From Histomonas meleagridis 2922-C6/04-290x (taxonomy: Eukaryota > Protista > Parabasalia): DNA of 64,000 bases. Shown here one piece after another: positions 43,248-55,148 of this stretch (positions within the stretch are counted from its first letter, which is position 1; each line of letters begins with the position of its first letter). The position numbers and the translations under genes were made by a program. The notes under the pieces are model-generated. The model worked only from the letters and a program-made list of their open reading frames with translations, was not told where the DNA came from and did no database searches. The DNA lies in the NCBI GenBank assembly GCA_020184695.1, contig JAANOX010000011.1, positions 496,001-560,000 of the forward strand. Reading direction: 5' to 3'.

Positions 43248-43365
43248 TTGTGAAACAAAAGCCGTTAAAGAAAACGTTTATTTTGGTCCACCCCATAAAA
43301 GTAAAGTTTTAAATGAAAGTGACGATTATTCTGATGAATCTCATAAAAAATTAGATGTACGGGAT

Positions 43366-43716
43366 ATGCTCTTTTATGTTTTTATTGGAACTTTGATAAC
43401 CTCTATTATTATTTCTTTTTCATCCGAAATTTGCTTCATTTCAAAAGTAATACACATTATTTTAGGTAACAATTGGTTTAGGTGAATCAAGTTATTCCGT
43501 GTTCGAACTCACCTTACTTTCTGGCATGGTGTTAATACTAATTTTGATTGTCATATTGAAATTCATAAGTACGTGTGGTTAGTATCAAATTAGAATAGTT
43601 TCTGTGATACTTGGAGGAAGTTTTTATTATTTGTTATCACTGTACTTATTTATTCTTGTTATGTGGAAGATAAAGAAAGAAGTGAATTTGAAAATGAGAA
43701 TGAAGATTTCCATTAA
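43366..43716 (+). other. Fragmented small multi-pass membrane ORF, possibly with a micro-intron
   Basis: Three hydrophobic coding-like stretches lie in different frames. Removing a 19-nt GT...AG (43447-43465) joins the first two. Confidence 0.3.
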
Positions 43717-44686
43717 CCATTAAAATGATAATTAATTTGTTAATAAGCTTTTGTTCTTAAGAGACTTTGTCAAGTACAATGTTTTGTGTTTTTCGTTTCA
43801 AATAGATGCTTGCTTTTAAAATTAATTATCACCTTCTTTTCATACATATATACCGATTTCGAGTAAATTTTGATGGAAAAAATATCATTAATCTCTTCAT
43901 GAATTCTTCAAAATTTCTTCCTATTTGTGGGGTTATGTGAGTAGGTCCTTTATACTTCCAAAAGCCTCACCTCAACGACCGTCTGAACATATAATTATTA
44001 AACTATTTGCAAACCAAATTGTTTACATTAGATCTCTGTGTTATATCATTCTTCAACACCCAGAAAACATTATATTGAATGCTTTCATGATGAAATTATG
44101 CAAAAAAATAAATTTATTATCGACAAAAATACCCCACTAAAATCAAAAAAAAAAATTAAAAAAAATAAGTAATTTATTTTAATGAAACCAACCACACGAG
44201 CACATGAACAATTTAATAAATATTTATTTTTTCATATTTTGAATAATCGTTTTAAGTTATCTTATGATGTGAAAAATATATTTCCTATATTAAATAATAA
44301 CTTGAATTTTAATGCTCGCAATCGAGAGTTGATAGACATTTCTTCACAACACATCAGAATAATTGATACGAAATTTTGTTTCCGTATTCAAGCATTAATG
44401 AACATTTTCTATTTCTGAGCAACTTCTGTATATCGTTCAAATTTCAATTGATTTTCGGTCTTTTCACGCCGATACGTCATAATCACTCAATTTTTTCAGA
44501 GCATTTTGAAACAAAATCTCAATCAAACAAATATCGTCACCGATATCGTTGTAAACTATCGCACAGAAAATGCCAAAAACCTTTGAACGAACACAAAAAG
44601 TGAAATTCCAATTCCAGTATTTTTGATGTGATGTTGATTAATTTTTTCTAAAGCATAAAAATAAAAATAATATTCAGCTTTACTAT

Positions 44687-46126
44687 TTAAATTATTGTCT
44701 CGAGCACCTTCATGGCTGATTCCTTTTCAAGACGACTGGCAAAGTCAAGGTATAATTTCTTGAAATCATCGCACTCCTCTATGTCAGCTCCCTTCCACAT
44801 TGATGCTGATAAGAACTTAACTGGGTCTTCATCATACAGAAGTTTCTTATCATCTTCAGTCACCCAAGGATCGTTCACTTTATATTCATCTCCATTATCA
44901 TCCTTCGTACTTCTCAGGTATTTCCTATACACAGCAGCGAAGTAAGCAACACGTGTAAGGTCATGTTTATCTGCCACCATCTTCTTTAGGTTCGGAACAA
45001 TGTAAACAGGAATCTTAGATGCTCCATCGAAACAAAGACGAGCTACTTGATCAGAAATTGTCTTATTACCGAATCTCTCTATGAGTGTCTTCTTGTATAA
45101 GTCGAGATCGATATTACCAGGCGCTGGTACATATGGAGTGATATCGATTTCCATGAAGTCCTTCACGAACTTTTGGATCCTTGGATCACTCATAGCCTTA
45201 TCAACATATCGATAACCACTCAGGAATGAAGGATATGAAAGGAGACTATGTGAAGCATTTAACAAACTAAGCTTCATGTTTTCATATGGTGTTACATCAT
45301 TACAAAACTCAACGCCAACCTTTTCCCAAGTTGGACGACCTGCGATGAAGTTATCCTCGATGATCCATTGGATGAAATCTTCGGTATAAATTGGAGCAGC
45401 GCAATTAGTACCGTTTTCACGATTCAGTCTTTCCCTATCTTCAGGACGTACTGCTGGTGTGATGCGATCAACCATTGAATTGGGGAAAGTGACATTTGTT
45501 TCGACCCATTTAGCAAGTTCTGGATCTTGAGCAGATATGAAAGATGTGATCGCTCTCTTACAAGTGTTTCCATTATGTTGCAAGTTATCACATGATAAAA
45601 TGGTCACTGGGCCATTTCCAAGTTCTTTACGAAGGCGAAGGCCAGCAGCGATATAACCGAATACAGTTTCCGGAGAATCTTTTTCTTTGATATCATGAGC
45701 TACATTAGGTTCTGTTAATACGAATTCTCCTGTCTTCTTATCCATGTTATAACCACCCTCAGTTATAGTCATTGAAATAATTTTGATATCTTTAGATGCA
45801 AGAGTTTCAATAACTCCTTTTGGATCATCAATAGCATATTTGATATCAAGGAGAGAACCAATTTTATAAGTTTCATTAGTTCCATCCCGACTACAAACCG
45901 TGCAAGTATATTCACAGTTTTGTGACTTGAGAGCCTTAACAAGAGCTTCATCGAAAGGAAGAAGTGCTATTCCTATGTAAGCCCAATTTTGTTGGTCAGG
46001 ACACTGTTCCATTAACTTGCTGATGTAAAATTCCTGATGTGCCCTATGGAAGTTCCCAACTCCGATGTGAGCGATTCCTGCCTTGAGGTTGGATCGATCA
46101 TAATTAAATGACTTGACAGAGCTCAT
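44687..46126 (-). CDS. Mannitol/polyol dehydrogenase (long-chain mannitol DH family)
   Basis: IAHIGVGNFHRAHQ, ILSCDNLQHNG, FPNSMVDRITP and YENMKLSLLNASHS. Confidence 0.95.
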   Translation of the reverse strand: MSSVKSFNYDRSNLKAGIAHIGVGNFHRAHQEFYISKLMEQCPDQQNWAYIGIALLPFDEALVKALKSQNCEYTCTVCSRDGTNETYKIGSLLDIKYAIDDPKGVIETLASKDIKIISMTITEGGYNMDKKTGEFVLTEPNVAHDIKEKDSPETVFGYIAAGLRLRKELGNGPVTILSCDNLQHNGNTCKRAITSFISAQDPELAKWVETNVTFPNSMVDRITPAVRPEDRERLNRENGTNCAAPIYTEDFIQWIIEDNFIAGRPTWEKVGVEFCNDVTPYENMKLSLLNASHSLLSYPSFLSGYRYVDKAMSDPRIQKFVKDFMEIDITPYVPAPGNIDLDLYKKTLIERFGNKTISDQVARLCFDGASKIPVYIVPNLKKMVADKHDLTRVAYFAAVYRKYLRSTKDDNGDEYKVNDPWVTEDDKKLLYDEDPVKFLSASMWKGADIEECDDFKKLYLDFASRLEKESAMKVLETII

Positions 46127-46278
46127 AGCGAATGATATCCTTCAAGAAAAATGAGATGAAAAATCTCCAGCGTTATTTTTCACAGAAAATTTGGAACATT
46201 CTCAGAAAAAATTCTATAGAAGTTTTAGAAAAAGTTCAAGTCGCTAGATTATGTGCACAAATTCATTTTTAAGTTTGT

Positions 46279-47502
46279 ATGAAGAAAGAATTATTGTCTG
46301 CTCTCGTTATCCTGTTAGGGTCAACACAGTTAGGTCAAGTTGTTGTGTTTCCTTCACCAACTGAAAAAGAAATTCGTGCAATGCATAACGTCGATGATAC
46401 TACATGGGCTTTTTATAGTTCTTGTACTTACATTGCCGCTATTTTTGGGACATTTATAACAAGCGGATTGTTTAAACTATTTAAACAATCAAGAAAGAAA
46501 GTGCTATTTTGTATCGCCGCATTTGGTCTTGTATCTTGGCTATTGGTCTTACTTACAAAGGTTCACATTTGGGCTGGTGTTGTTGCGAGGTTTCTTCAAG
46601 GGTTAATGACTGGTGGATTTTCAACTATCTGTCCAATGTATCTTGTAGAAATTGCTCCTGAGGGTTACTCTGCACTCTTCGGCTCACTTAATCAGATTTT
46701 TAATGTAATTGGCGTTCTCATTTTTGACTTTGTTGCGCCATCTGTTGATTTCATGATATTATGTTACATCGCTGCTGCTATTATGCTTCTGCAATCAATC
46801 ACAGTGTGGTTTATAATGGAAAGCCCTGCTTGTGAAAACATGAAAGATGAGGATGAAGATGATGATAAACCAAAAGAATCAATTTGCCAGAAAAGACATA
46901 TCAAATATCTCATCATTGGTGTTCTCCTTATGTTCTTCCAACAATTTTGTGGTGTTAATGCGCTTTTGTCAAATCTCGCAACGATTATGAATGACAGTGG
47001 TATCGATATAGATGGTAACTATCAAGCAGGTATTGGTACCAGTGCGCAAATCATCACATGTATCATTGGTGGATTTTTGATGAACAAATTTGGCAGAAGA
47101 ATTATTTGGATTATCAGTGAAGGTATTGTTGTCGTCTCGCTGTTGATATTCGCATTGAATGGTTACTTGGGTTGGACCAACATCCTTTCTCTGATTTGCA
47201 TCTTCTTGTATATGCTTGGATTCGGTATTGGTCTTGGGCCGATCCCATGGTTCATTGTGCCAGAGTATTTCCCAGACTCAGTCCGTGGTACAGCGGCTTC
47301 AATCAACTGCACCGCAAATTGGCTCTTGGTGTTCTGTATCGTTTTCATATGGCCACCAATGAGAAACTCTAAAATGGGCATGTACGGCTCTATGCTTTTC
47401 TACATGGCCATTTCAATCGTCGGCCTCATCTTTGGTATTTTTGTTGTTAAGGAACCAGAAAATCAGAATAATGATGACGACGAGGCTGATGAAGAAGCTT
47501 AA
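46279..47502 (+). CDS. MFS sugar-porter transporter
   Basis: PMYLVEIAP, FFQQFCGVNA, KFGRR and GLGPIPWFIVPEYFP; about 12 TM segments. Confidence 0.95.
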   Translation: MKKELLSALVILLGSTQLGQVVVFPSPTEKEIRAMHNVDDTTWAFYSSCTYIAAIFGTFITSGLFKLFKQSRKKVLFCIAAFGLVSWLLVLLTKVHIWAGVVARFLQGLMTGGFSTICPMYLVEIAPEGYSALFGSLNQIFNVIGVLIFDFVAPSVDFMILCYIAAAIMLLQSITVWFIMESPACENMKDEDEDDDKPKESICQKRHIKYLIIGVLLMFFQQFCGVNALLSNLATIMNDSGIDIDGNYQAGIGTSAQIITCIIGGFLMNKFGRRIIWIISEGIVVVSLLIFALNGYLGWTNILSLICIFLYMLGFGIGLGPIPWFIVPEYFPDSVRGTAASINCTANWLLVFCIVFIWPPMRNSKMGMYGSMLFYMAISIVGLIFGIFVVKEPENQNNDDDEADEEA

Positions 47503-48287
47503 GTTAATAAAGATAAAAATTTATTGTGGAATTGTATTCGTTTCATATGGCCGTCGGATGTCTTAAGTCTGCTGAAGTGGCACTGCGACCCTTCGCTCCA
47601 AACAATGGAAATAACCTGTCAAATGACAAATTCAAAGATTGCACAAATTTTAACCTCAAATTTGAGCGGATTGCTTTGACTTTTTCTTGCATTAAAGAAA
47701 TGTGAGAGTTCCATGAAATAACCAACTGTAGATTCCACTTTTTGAACGTAATATATTATTCAAACCGATCGAAAAGTGCTACTTATTTTCCACAAACAAT
47801 TTAATTCAAATTGGTGCACCCCTCGCAACAACAAAAATTGTGCAAAATCTCATCGATTTGACTGTTCAATGCATTTGGAATATTTATGCTGTAAATGAAG
47901 ACAAGCATTCGTAATAGTAACTGTCCAACATAAAATTTATTTTTTTTGCTTAAACAACGTAAAAAAAATCATTAAACCAATTCTAATTACATAATTTCCA
48001 AAACAAATTATACATTTGTATGCATAGGGTTTTGAAAGCGATTTCCAAAAAAATAATAGTAATGATCTTACTATTTTGAATATGATTACGATCATATTGA
48101 ATGTTTCATGTAATGTTTTTGTAGTGTATGTTCTATGCTTTCTTTAATTACTTCTACGTTATCTAAACGAATGAAAATATAAACCTTGTCGAGATGTGAT
48201 AAATAAATATTCGTTACTGACATTTTTGTTTTCTTTCAAATTAACGCTTTTTAAAAGAAAATAAATGAGCAAAATTTTACTAAATCG

Positions 48288-48967
48288 ATGATCGACAGAA
48301 GATTTTCTCAGGCTGAACAAGAACCTGAAGAAACATTCGAAGACATCGACTTAGTGACTTGCTTCCAACAGATTTTATAAACCTTGTGGGTTTGGATCCA
48401 GATCAATATTTATTTCCACAGCATAATTCACCAATCAAAAGAAGAATGACAGAACCTGTTTTTTTCGCAAGCCCATCAGAGTTACACTCACAACGTAGAT
48501 ATTCAACAATGTTTTATAATCCATTTAATCAAACTATTTCAACTCAAGTTCAACAACGTCCTATTCGAACATTTAAAGTTGCGTTAGTTGATACAACAGT
48601 TAAAGCATATGTAACAGATGATATTGAAGTTGAAATAACAGATGGTCAATACATTCGGTTTGGTGTAATTGTTGAAGAAGTTAAAACAGATATTGAAGAT
48701 CCTTCATCACGGCGGATTATTTCTCTTGATAAACATAGTAATGTTTCTGATTACATTATGGGACAACGACAGATTGCCACATCGTTGGTTCCAATTTTCA
48801 TAAAAAGATGTAATATACCATCAAAATTTATCTCTCTCGAATTTGTGTCATTTCAAGCACTAGCTCTATTAAGAGTTCGGCTTTCTAATTCATCATGTAA
48901 AAACATTGATGATTTAATTCGGCTTTTGATACAGACATTTCAAGTTGCTGTTGAAGTGTACGAATAA
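48288..48967 (+). CDS. Hypothetical protein with an apparent 1-nt frameshift near 48352
   Basis: ATG 48288 frame (MIDRRFSQAEQEPEETFEDIDL) continues sensibly only in the frame of ORF 48359-48967 (DLLPTDFINL...). Confidence 0.5.
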
Positions 48968-49332
48968 AAATATACTTTCTTTCCAATTATTTTTTTTATT
49001 TGATGTAAAATGAAATGTTTTTCTTATCTAATAAATAAAAATAATTTTAAGTTTAATATTTATATATGTGACTTAATTATTATATAATAAAAGTGTTATT
49101 ACAAACAAAAAAATCGTTCTTCAACCTAAAGTCATGCAACGTCGTATGTCTAATAATCTTAATAAATTTCAAAGTTACACACAAATATTTTTATATTCTG
49201 CGGTATTTCTAACTTTTTTACACCTTTACATATCAAAATAAGAAGATATAAATGGTTTATTTTTATCAACATTGAATCATACAGAAATTTTCTATCTATT
49301 TAAAAATCCCTTCTCTTCACTTAATATTATTC

Positions 49333-52023
49333 ATGATCTTTTTACCTGCTATCATTACACTATTTCAAAATTCTGTCCAAACATTTCAAGATAATCAATG
49401 GGACAAGAATTCAAAAAAACTTACTATCAATGAACAAAATGATTTTTCTGATGAAATATTGATAGAAATAAAAAATGAAATTATTACTCTCGATATTACA
49501 GGAAGTGTAACATATATTCCGGCTGGTCAATTTAATGCAGCAGAATACCTTAAAACAGTTACATTAGGAAATTCTGTAACAAAAATTGATGAAAGTGCTT
49601 TCCGTGATTGTAAAAATTTAACATCTGTTACATTTGGGACAGCGTTATGTGAAATCCTTAATTGTGCGTTTCAAGCATGTGAGTTACTTGCTACAATCTC
49701 TTTGCCTACAAAAAATCTTACACTTGGTCAAAATGCATTTGCTCAATGTTATTCATTAACTTCTATAACAATTCCAGCTGACCTTTTTTCATTAGGTGGA
49801 ACAGCATTTGGAACATGTATAAATTTGAAAACTGTTAAATTCGAAGACGATATAAAAATCAAAACTATTCCAGCAAGTTGTTTTTATGCTTGTGGGAATT
49901 TGACATCAATAAATATTCCTGAAACTGTTACAATGATCGATATGGAAGCATTTTATTCATGCGTAAGTTTACAATCCATAAGTTTACCAGAAGGAGTAAC
50001 AAATATTGGAAGTCAAGCATTTGTAAGAACGAGTATAACAACATTCAAGATACCAACATCTACAATAGACATTGGTGCAAATGCATTTTCAGACTGTATA
50101 AAATTGCAAGAAATACAAATGAATGAAAAACTTCAATCTATTTCAGAGCAATTATTTGCGCGATGTTCATCTTTGAAAAATATTATAATTCCTAATACAG
50201 CAACATCAATTGGTGAAAAAGCTTTTATTAATTGTGAATTATTAACAACAGTTACAATTGGAACAGGAATTACAAGTATTGGAAATAATGCATTTCAATA
50301 TTCTGGAATCACATCAATTCAACTTCCAGTAAAAACAGAAACGATTAGTTCTTATGCTTTTAGTTATTGTTATTCACTTACATCATTTACAATATCAAGT
50401 GGAAGCAAATTAACTACAATTGGAACTTATGCATTTTCATATACATCAATAACACAAATTACATTACCACCAACAGTTACTTCGATTTTATATAATGCAT
50501 TCGAAAGTTGTAATCAATTAACAACAGTTAATATCGGAGAAGTTACAAAAATTGAATCCAGTTTATTTCAAAATTGCAAAAAATTATCATTAGTTACATT
50601 AAATGAAAAAATAACTGAAATTGGTAGTTATTCGTTTTATGCTTGCAATACACTTGAAACAATTACATTACCTTCATCAGTTAAAACTATATCAGATTAT
50701 GCATTTTATTCAACTGGGCTTAAAACAATCAATGCCGGTCAAAATATTCAAACGATTGGGAAAAATGCATTTTATTTATGTTCATCATTGATATCAATTG
50801 ATCTTACAAATGTCAACGAGATTTTAGAGAATGCATTTTTGGATTGTTCGTCATTAATAACATGTAAAATTGGAGATAAACTTAAAACTATTGGAAATTC
50901 TGCATTTAAAGAATGTAAAGCATTAACATCTATACATATTCCTACATCGACAACATCAATAGGAGAATCAGCATTTGCTAATACACCATCATTGCAAACA
51001 ATAATTGTTGATTCAGGTAATCAAATTTATTGTAATTATAATAATGACGGAGCACTTTATAATTCTGATATAACAGAACTTATTTCATATCCAGGTTCAA
51101 AAAATGGCGTATGTTATATCCCTGATACAGTTACAACAATCAAAGCATATGCATTTCAATATAATAAAGGAATTACACAATTTGAATGTGGAGTAAGTTT
51201 AAAAACTATTGAAGATTATGCATTTAATTATGCAAGCTTTATTAATATTACACTTCCAAATTCAGTTCAAACTATCGGGAAACATGCATTTGAAAATTGT
51301 AATTTAATGAATACACTTTATTTAGGCTCAAAACTTCAAAAGATTGATGATTATGCATTTTATTATTGTACTGTACTTAAATGTTTATTTTATCCCGGTA
51401 CATCACAACCATCTTTTGGAACCGAAGTATTTTCATATATAGCAAATCCAACTGTACAATGTTTAAATGAATATAACGGAGATACATTTTGCAATTTAAA
51501 TGTTCATGTTGGTTCATTATCAGAATGCATTCAAGCAACCTCAACATTTACAAAATCGCAAACATTTATTCCATCATGTTCATTTACTGCCTCAGCCCCA
51601 GAAAATTGGGAACTCACAGCTATACCTTATTCAACTGTTACATTTACAAAATATTTAGAAATCAAAAATTCATTTACTACACAAACAATTAGTTTTACAT
51701 TAATTGATGATAAACAAACTTATGTAAGTGTTGATTCACAAACGTATGAATATAGTGTAAAAGAAAACTATGTTTCCGTGACAATGTATCAATATTCGTT
51801 TGTACCTGCTAATTATGGTGCAAAGAATGTTAAAAAGTCTGGAATTGGCTCAACAGAAATAGTTATAATCGTAGTAACTATTGTTGTCGTACTCGTGTGT
51901 GTGGCTGTAATCTTGTTTACATACTTTAGAAATAGAAATTTGGCTCTAGCTAACGCACAGGGTGAGAAACAAAGTTTGACAACACAAAAACAAGAAATTG
52001 ATGAAGATGCATTTGAAATTTAA
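49333..52023 (+). CDS. BspA-like LRR surface protein
   Basis: Roughly 25 TpLRR repeats, S/T stalk and TM helix; tcactt Inr-like element just upstream. Confidence 0.95.
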   Translation: MIFLPAIITLFQNSVQTFQDNQWDKNSKKLTINEQNDFSDEILIEIKNEIITLDITGSVTYIPAGQFNAAEYLKTVTLGNSVTKIDESAFRDCKNLTSVTFGTALCEILNCAFQACELLATISLPTKNLTLGQNAFAQCYSLTSITIPADLFSLGGTAFGTCINLKTVKFEDDIKIKTIPASCFYACGNLTSINIPETVTMIDMEAFYSCVSLQSISLPEGVTNIGSQAFVRTSITTFKIPTSTIDIGANAFSDCIKLQEIQMNEKLQSISEQLFARCSSLKNIIIPNTATSIGEKAFINCELLTTVTIGTGITSIGNNAFQYSGITSIQLPVKTETISSYAFSYCYSLTSFTISSGSKLTTIGTYAFSYTSITQITLPPTVTSILYNAFESCNQLTTVNIGEVTKIESSLFQNCKKLSLVTLNEKITEIGSYSFYACNTLETITLPSSVKTISDYAFYSTGLKTINAGQNIQTIGKNAFYLCSSLISIDLTNVNEILENAFLDCSSLITCKIGDKLKTIGNSAFKECKALTSIHIPTSTTSIGESAFANTPSLQTIIVDSGNQIYCNYNNDGALYNSDITELISYPGSKNGVCYIPDTVTTIKAYAFQYNKGITQFECGVSLKTIEDYAFNYASFINITLPNSVQTIGKHAFENCNLMNTLYLGSKLQKIDDYAFYYCTVLKCLFYPGTSQPSFGTEVFSYIANPTVQCLNEYNGDTFCNLNVHVGSLSECIQATSTFTKSQTFIPSCSFTASAPENWELTAIPYSTVTFTKYLEIKNSFTTQTISFTLIDDKQTYVSVDSQTYEYSVKENYVSVTMYQYSFVPANYGAKNVKKSGIGSTEIVIIVVTIVVVLVCVAVILFTYFRNRNLALANAQGEKQSLTTQKQEIDEDAFEI

Positions 52024-52404
52024 AACCAAAGTAAATTGTAAAGAATTAATGAATATTTGAACGATTTTTGATTAAAACTAAAATTTTAGAATTAAATTAT
52101 TTAGTATTTGGGTATATCAGATAATATTTTCGTGCATAAGTATACAACAATTGTATTCACCATTATTTTTATCCACCACAAAATCTGAAATAAGATTAAA
52201 ATTGAATAAATAAGATTGATCAGATTTTTTGATTATTAAGTAAATTGATATATTAATATAAGCATTAAGAATATTGAGTTCTGTTTAAAGAAATTTTGTT
52301 TGTCATTAAATAATAACTTTGAATAAATAAATAATTAATTAAAAATGATTGAAAGAAAATAAATATAGAAATTCATGTTAGTGATTTTTATTAAATTGAT
52401 GATG

Positions 52405-52476
52405 TCATAGTAAATTGCATTTGCAGCAGCAGCAGTGGCAGCAAGAACTTGAGCAGCAAGATGATGAAGAACTCAT
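52405..52476 (-). CDS. 23-aa Cys-rich micropeptide ending in a CaaX box (MSSSSSCCSSSCCHCCCCKCNLL)
   Basis: ATG at 52476, TGA ending 52405. All 9 Cys are encoded by TGC; the ORF is a GC-rich island in very AT-rich DNA. It is below the ORF-track length cutoff. Confidence 0.65.
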   Translation of the reverse strand: MSSSSSCCSSSCCHCCCCKCNLL

Positions 52477-52639
52477 ATTAAAAAAATGGCAGATCTGACA
52501 GATCTCGTAACATGTTAAACGATAGTTGACTACTTTACATTCGATATTTCAATGATGTTAATCGTACGATCAAAGTATTTGAATACATCGTTTAAATAGC
52601 TAACAAAACCTGTTTTGAATACAATTTTGGCACATTTGA

Positions 52640-53957
52640 AAGCGTTGTGAAAAGTTCATTTATCGCTTGTGCCAAAACTTTATTGATTCAACACTATCAC
52701 AACTCATGATCGTTAGATAATATTATAATTTCTATTTTAAGTTAAACCCACTTTAAAAGTGGAATTCTTTATAATAAATTTATATGTCATATGGTTTTTC
52801 TATTGAAACATTTATTATTCCAAATAATGTTCCACCAAATGAAAGCTATGCATTTGAAAATTGGAAATAAGAAACAATGGTTATTTGTGTAAATATAAAT
52901 TCAAATAAGAAAATTGCATTGCTACAACAATTTAAAATGTATTTACTTCATTTACGAAGTCAAATTCATTCACTAAATCATAATACATTTTCTAAATCAA
53001 GTTTATTTACTGAGCTAATAAAAAGTAAACTAATATTGACTTTTGCGTATTCATTACCTTGTTCAATGTTCAATATCGTAATTAAACAAACATTTAGCAA
53101 TTGTTTATATTTCTCATATAATATTTTAAAATGCCATCTATATTATTATAATGTATAATGAAAAAGTTTAAATTTATTATTTGACAATATGCAATTTCAT
53201 GTCATTCTAAAGATATTTCTGCATTTATGTGTATAATAATAGCTATTAATTATATTTATTCATAAATTTTCTTCCAAAATTTTTTAATTTATGGATTGGA
53301 ACAAAAATTTTTTTTAACTAGTTTAAGAAAAGTGGCATTTGAGGGTACCCTATAACGATGGTAAAAAAAACCAACCTATCGTATGCATATAACGTGTTTT
53401 TTAACGTACAATTGTGTGATTATTTGTGATAAAATTAACTTTATCATATTCTTATATCATCTCGATAAAATTTGATAAATTTCATTTCTTTTAATTTCTT
53501 TTACTATCCATTGTTAGTTCTTTCAAATGACATTGTATAATATAATAAATATTAACTAAAAATTGAAATATTTATGACTAACTTTGTCTTAATTTTTAAC
53601 CAGATTGAAACTGGAGGTTATGTGTATCTAAAATTATTTGGAATTTTATCAGAAAGAAGGAATTTACTTACGTTATGTTGAATGCTCATCAAAAAAAGAA
53701 ATTTTCTTCAAAGTTCTGTCAATGCCTTAATATGAGTGTTGATTTTCATACAACATTGATCTTGAATCCTTCTACTAATGATTGTCAAATAAGAAAGGAT
53801 AAGCAAAATATTGACACCATCTATCATTATTAAAAAACAAAATGTAAATATTCCTTAAAATTTAGAAGAAAATTTCTTTGATTTAAAAATTAATATGCCA
53901 AAATTAAAGAAGATCCGTTTGTAGATGACTTTAAAGAAGGGAAATTGGACAAATAAA
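52640..53957 (+). pseudogene. Heavily decayed BspA-like gene
   Basis: Residual FTKSNSFTKS-type stalk near 52950 and tail KEDPFVDDFKEGKLDK* at ~53910-53957. Confidence 0.55.
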
Positions 53958-54341
53958 ATTTTTTCAACAAAATAAATAAGAACTCTTTAATATTACTTAA
54001 AAAAAGTATTTTATTTTTAAATCTACTTTTTGTAAATCAAAAAAATTATCTTATACGAGATTAAATATTTTTGATCCTCAAAAGATTTCACAAAATTTCG
54101 ATTGCAATGATTTAGAGTCATATTTAGGTGTCCAACAGTTTTTCAAATGGTTTTGGAAGGTTTCTGAAGGAAATGCTAAGATTGTGTACAATTGTGAAAC
54201 AACGGTTAATGGCAGATCCAGAAACTTTAGATTTCAATAAAATTGTGTTCCTCTTTTCTTTGAATAAAAAGCTCATCTATCGTATTTTTAAGACTCAAAA
54301 TTTAAGGCACTTTGTTTGAACGTTTCCCAAAAGTCAGATTC

Positions 54342-55148
54342 ATGGAATCAAATTGGAGCGATTTTGTTTCGACGCCACCAAATTTTTCAGGATCACCTTC
54401 AGAAAGACCTTTTATCGAGTACTTCGATTCCTATCTTCAACCACCTCCATATCCTCTAATCTCAGAAGAAAAATCAGCAAAAATTTTTGAAACACCAATA
54501 AACACAGCAACGCAACAAACATCTGTTTCTTCTACTCTTTATCCTCCATCCTTACAATATCCATCATCTTATTCATCTTATAATGATTTTTATGAAATTG
54601 AAAATCGAACCCTAATTGTTAGCAACGTTAATCCACACACGAGTCACGCAGAATTCGAAAATACATTTTTTGTTAAAAATGGAATTAAATCAATTAATTT
54701 CTCAAAATTATCAAAAGGCATTGTTACTATTGAATACTATGATTTGCGAAGTTCAATACAGTTTAAGAAAATGAAGAATGGCTCAATGTTGCATGGGAAC
54801 GTGATAATGGTTGTTTATGCACCACTTCCAAAGATTGAAGATCCGAAAAAACCACCAAATAATGGAACTATTGTTGTCTTTAATTTACCAAGTGGAATTA
54901 ATGACCAACATATAGAATCTTCGTTTTCGCAATTTGGCGAAATCAGACAAATTCGGGGCACCCCAACAAAGCCTAGCCAAAGATTCATCGAATATTTCGA
55001 CACAAGATCATCAGAAGCTGCTTTGAATGGATTAAATGGCAAGTATGTTATGGGTTCTCGCGTATCCATTGAATTTTCCCTGCCTGGTGGATTTAGGAGA
55101 AATGCACAAAAATTTGAACCATTTGTAAGAAATGCTTTCCAAAAATAA
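54342..55148 (+). CDS. Mei2-like RRM RNA-binding protein
   Basis: RTLIVSNV...VTIEYYDLRSS and NNGTIVVFNL...FGEIRQIRGTPTKPSQRFIEYFDTRSSEAALNGLNG. First ATG at 54342. Confidence 0.8.
   Translation: MESNWSDFVSTPPNFSGSPSERPFIEYFDSYLQPPPYPLISEEKSAKIFETPINTATQQTSVSSTLYPPSLQYPSSYSSYNDFYEIENRTLIVSNVNPHTSHAEFENTFFVKNGIKSINFSKLSKGIVTIEYYDLRSSIQFKKMKNGSMLHGNVIMVVYAPLPKIEDPKKPPNNGTIVVFNLPSGINDQHIESSFSQFGEIRQIRGTPTKPSQRFIEYFDTRSSEAALNGLNGKYVMGSRVSIEFSLPGGFRRNAQKFEPFVRNAFQK

Noticed and set aside
43720-44600. Short ORFs on both strands between the membrane ORF and mannitol dehydrogenase
   Set aside because: No recognisable domain or consistent frame was found; I could not support a gene or a spliced model.
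47543-47725. GC-richer patch as a possible tRNA or snRNA
   Set aside because: No cloverleaf, A/B boxes or U-snRNA signature by eye; a covariance-model search would be needed to exclude an ncRNA.
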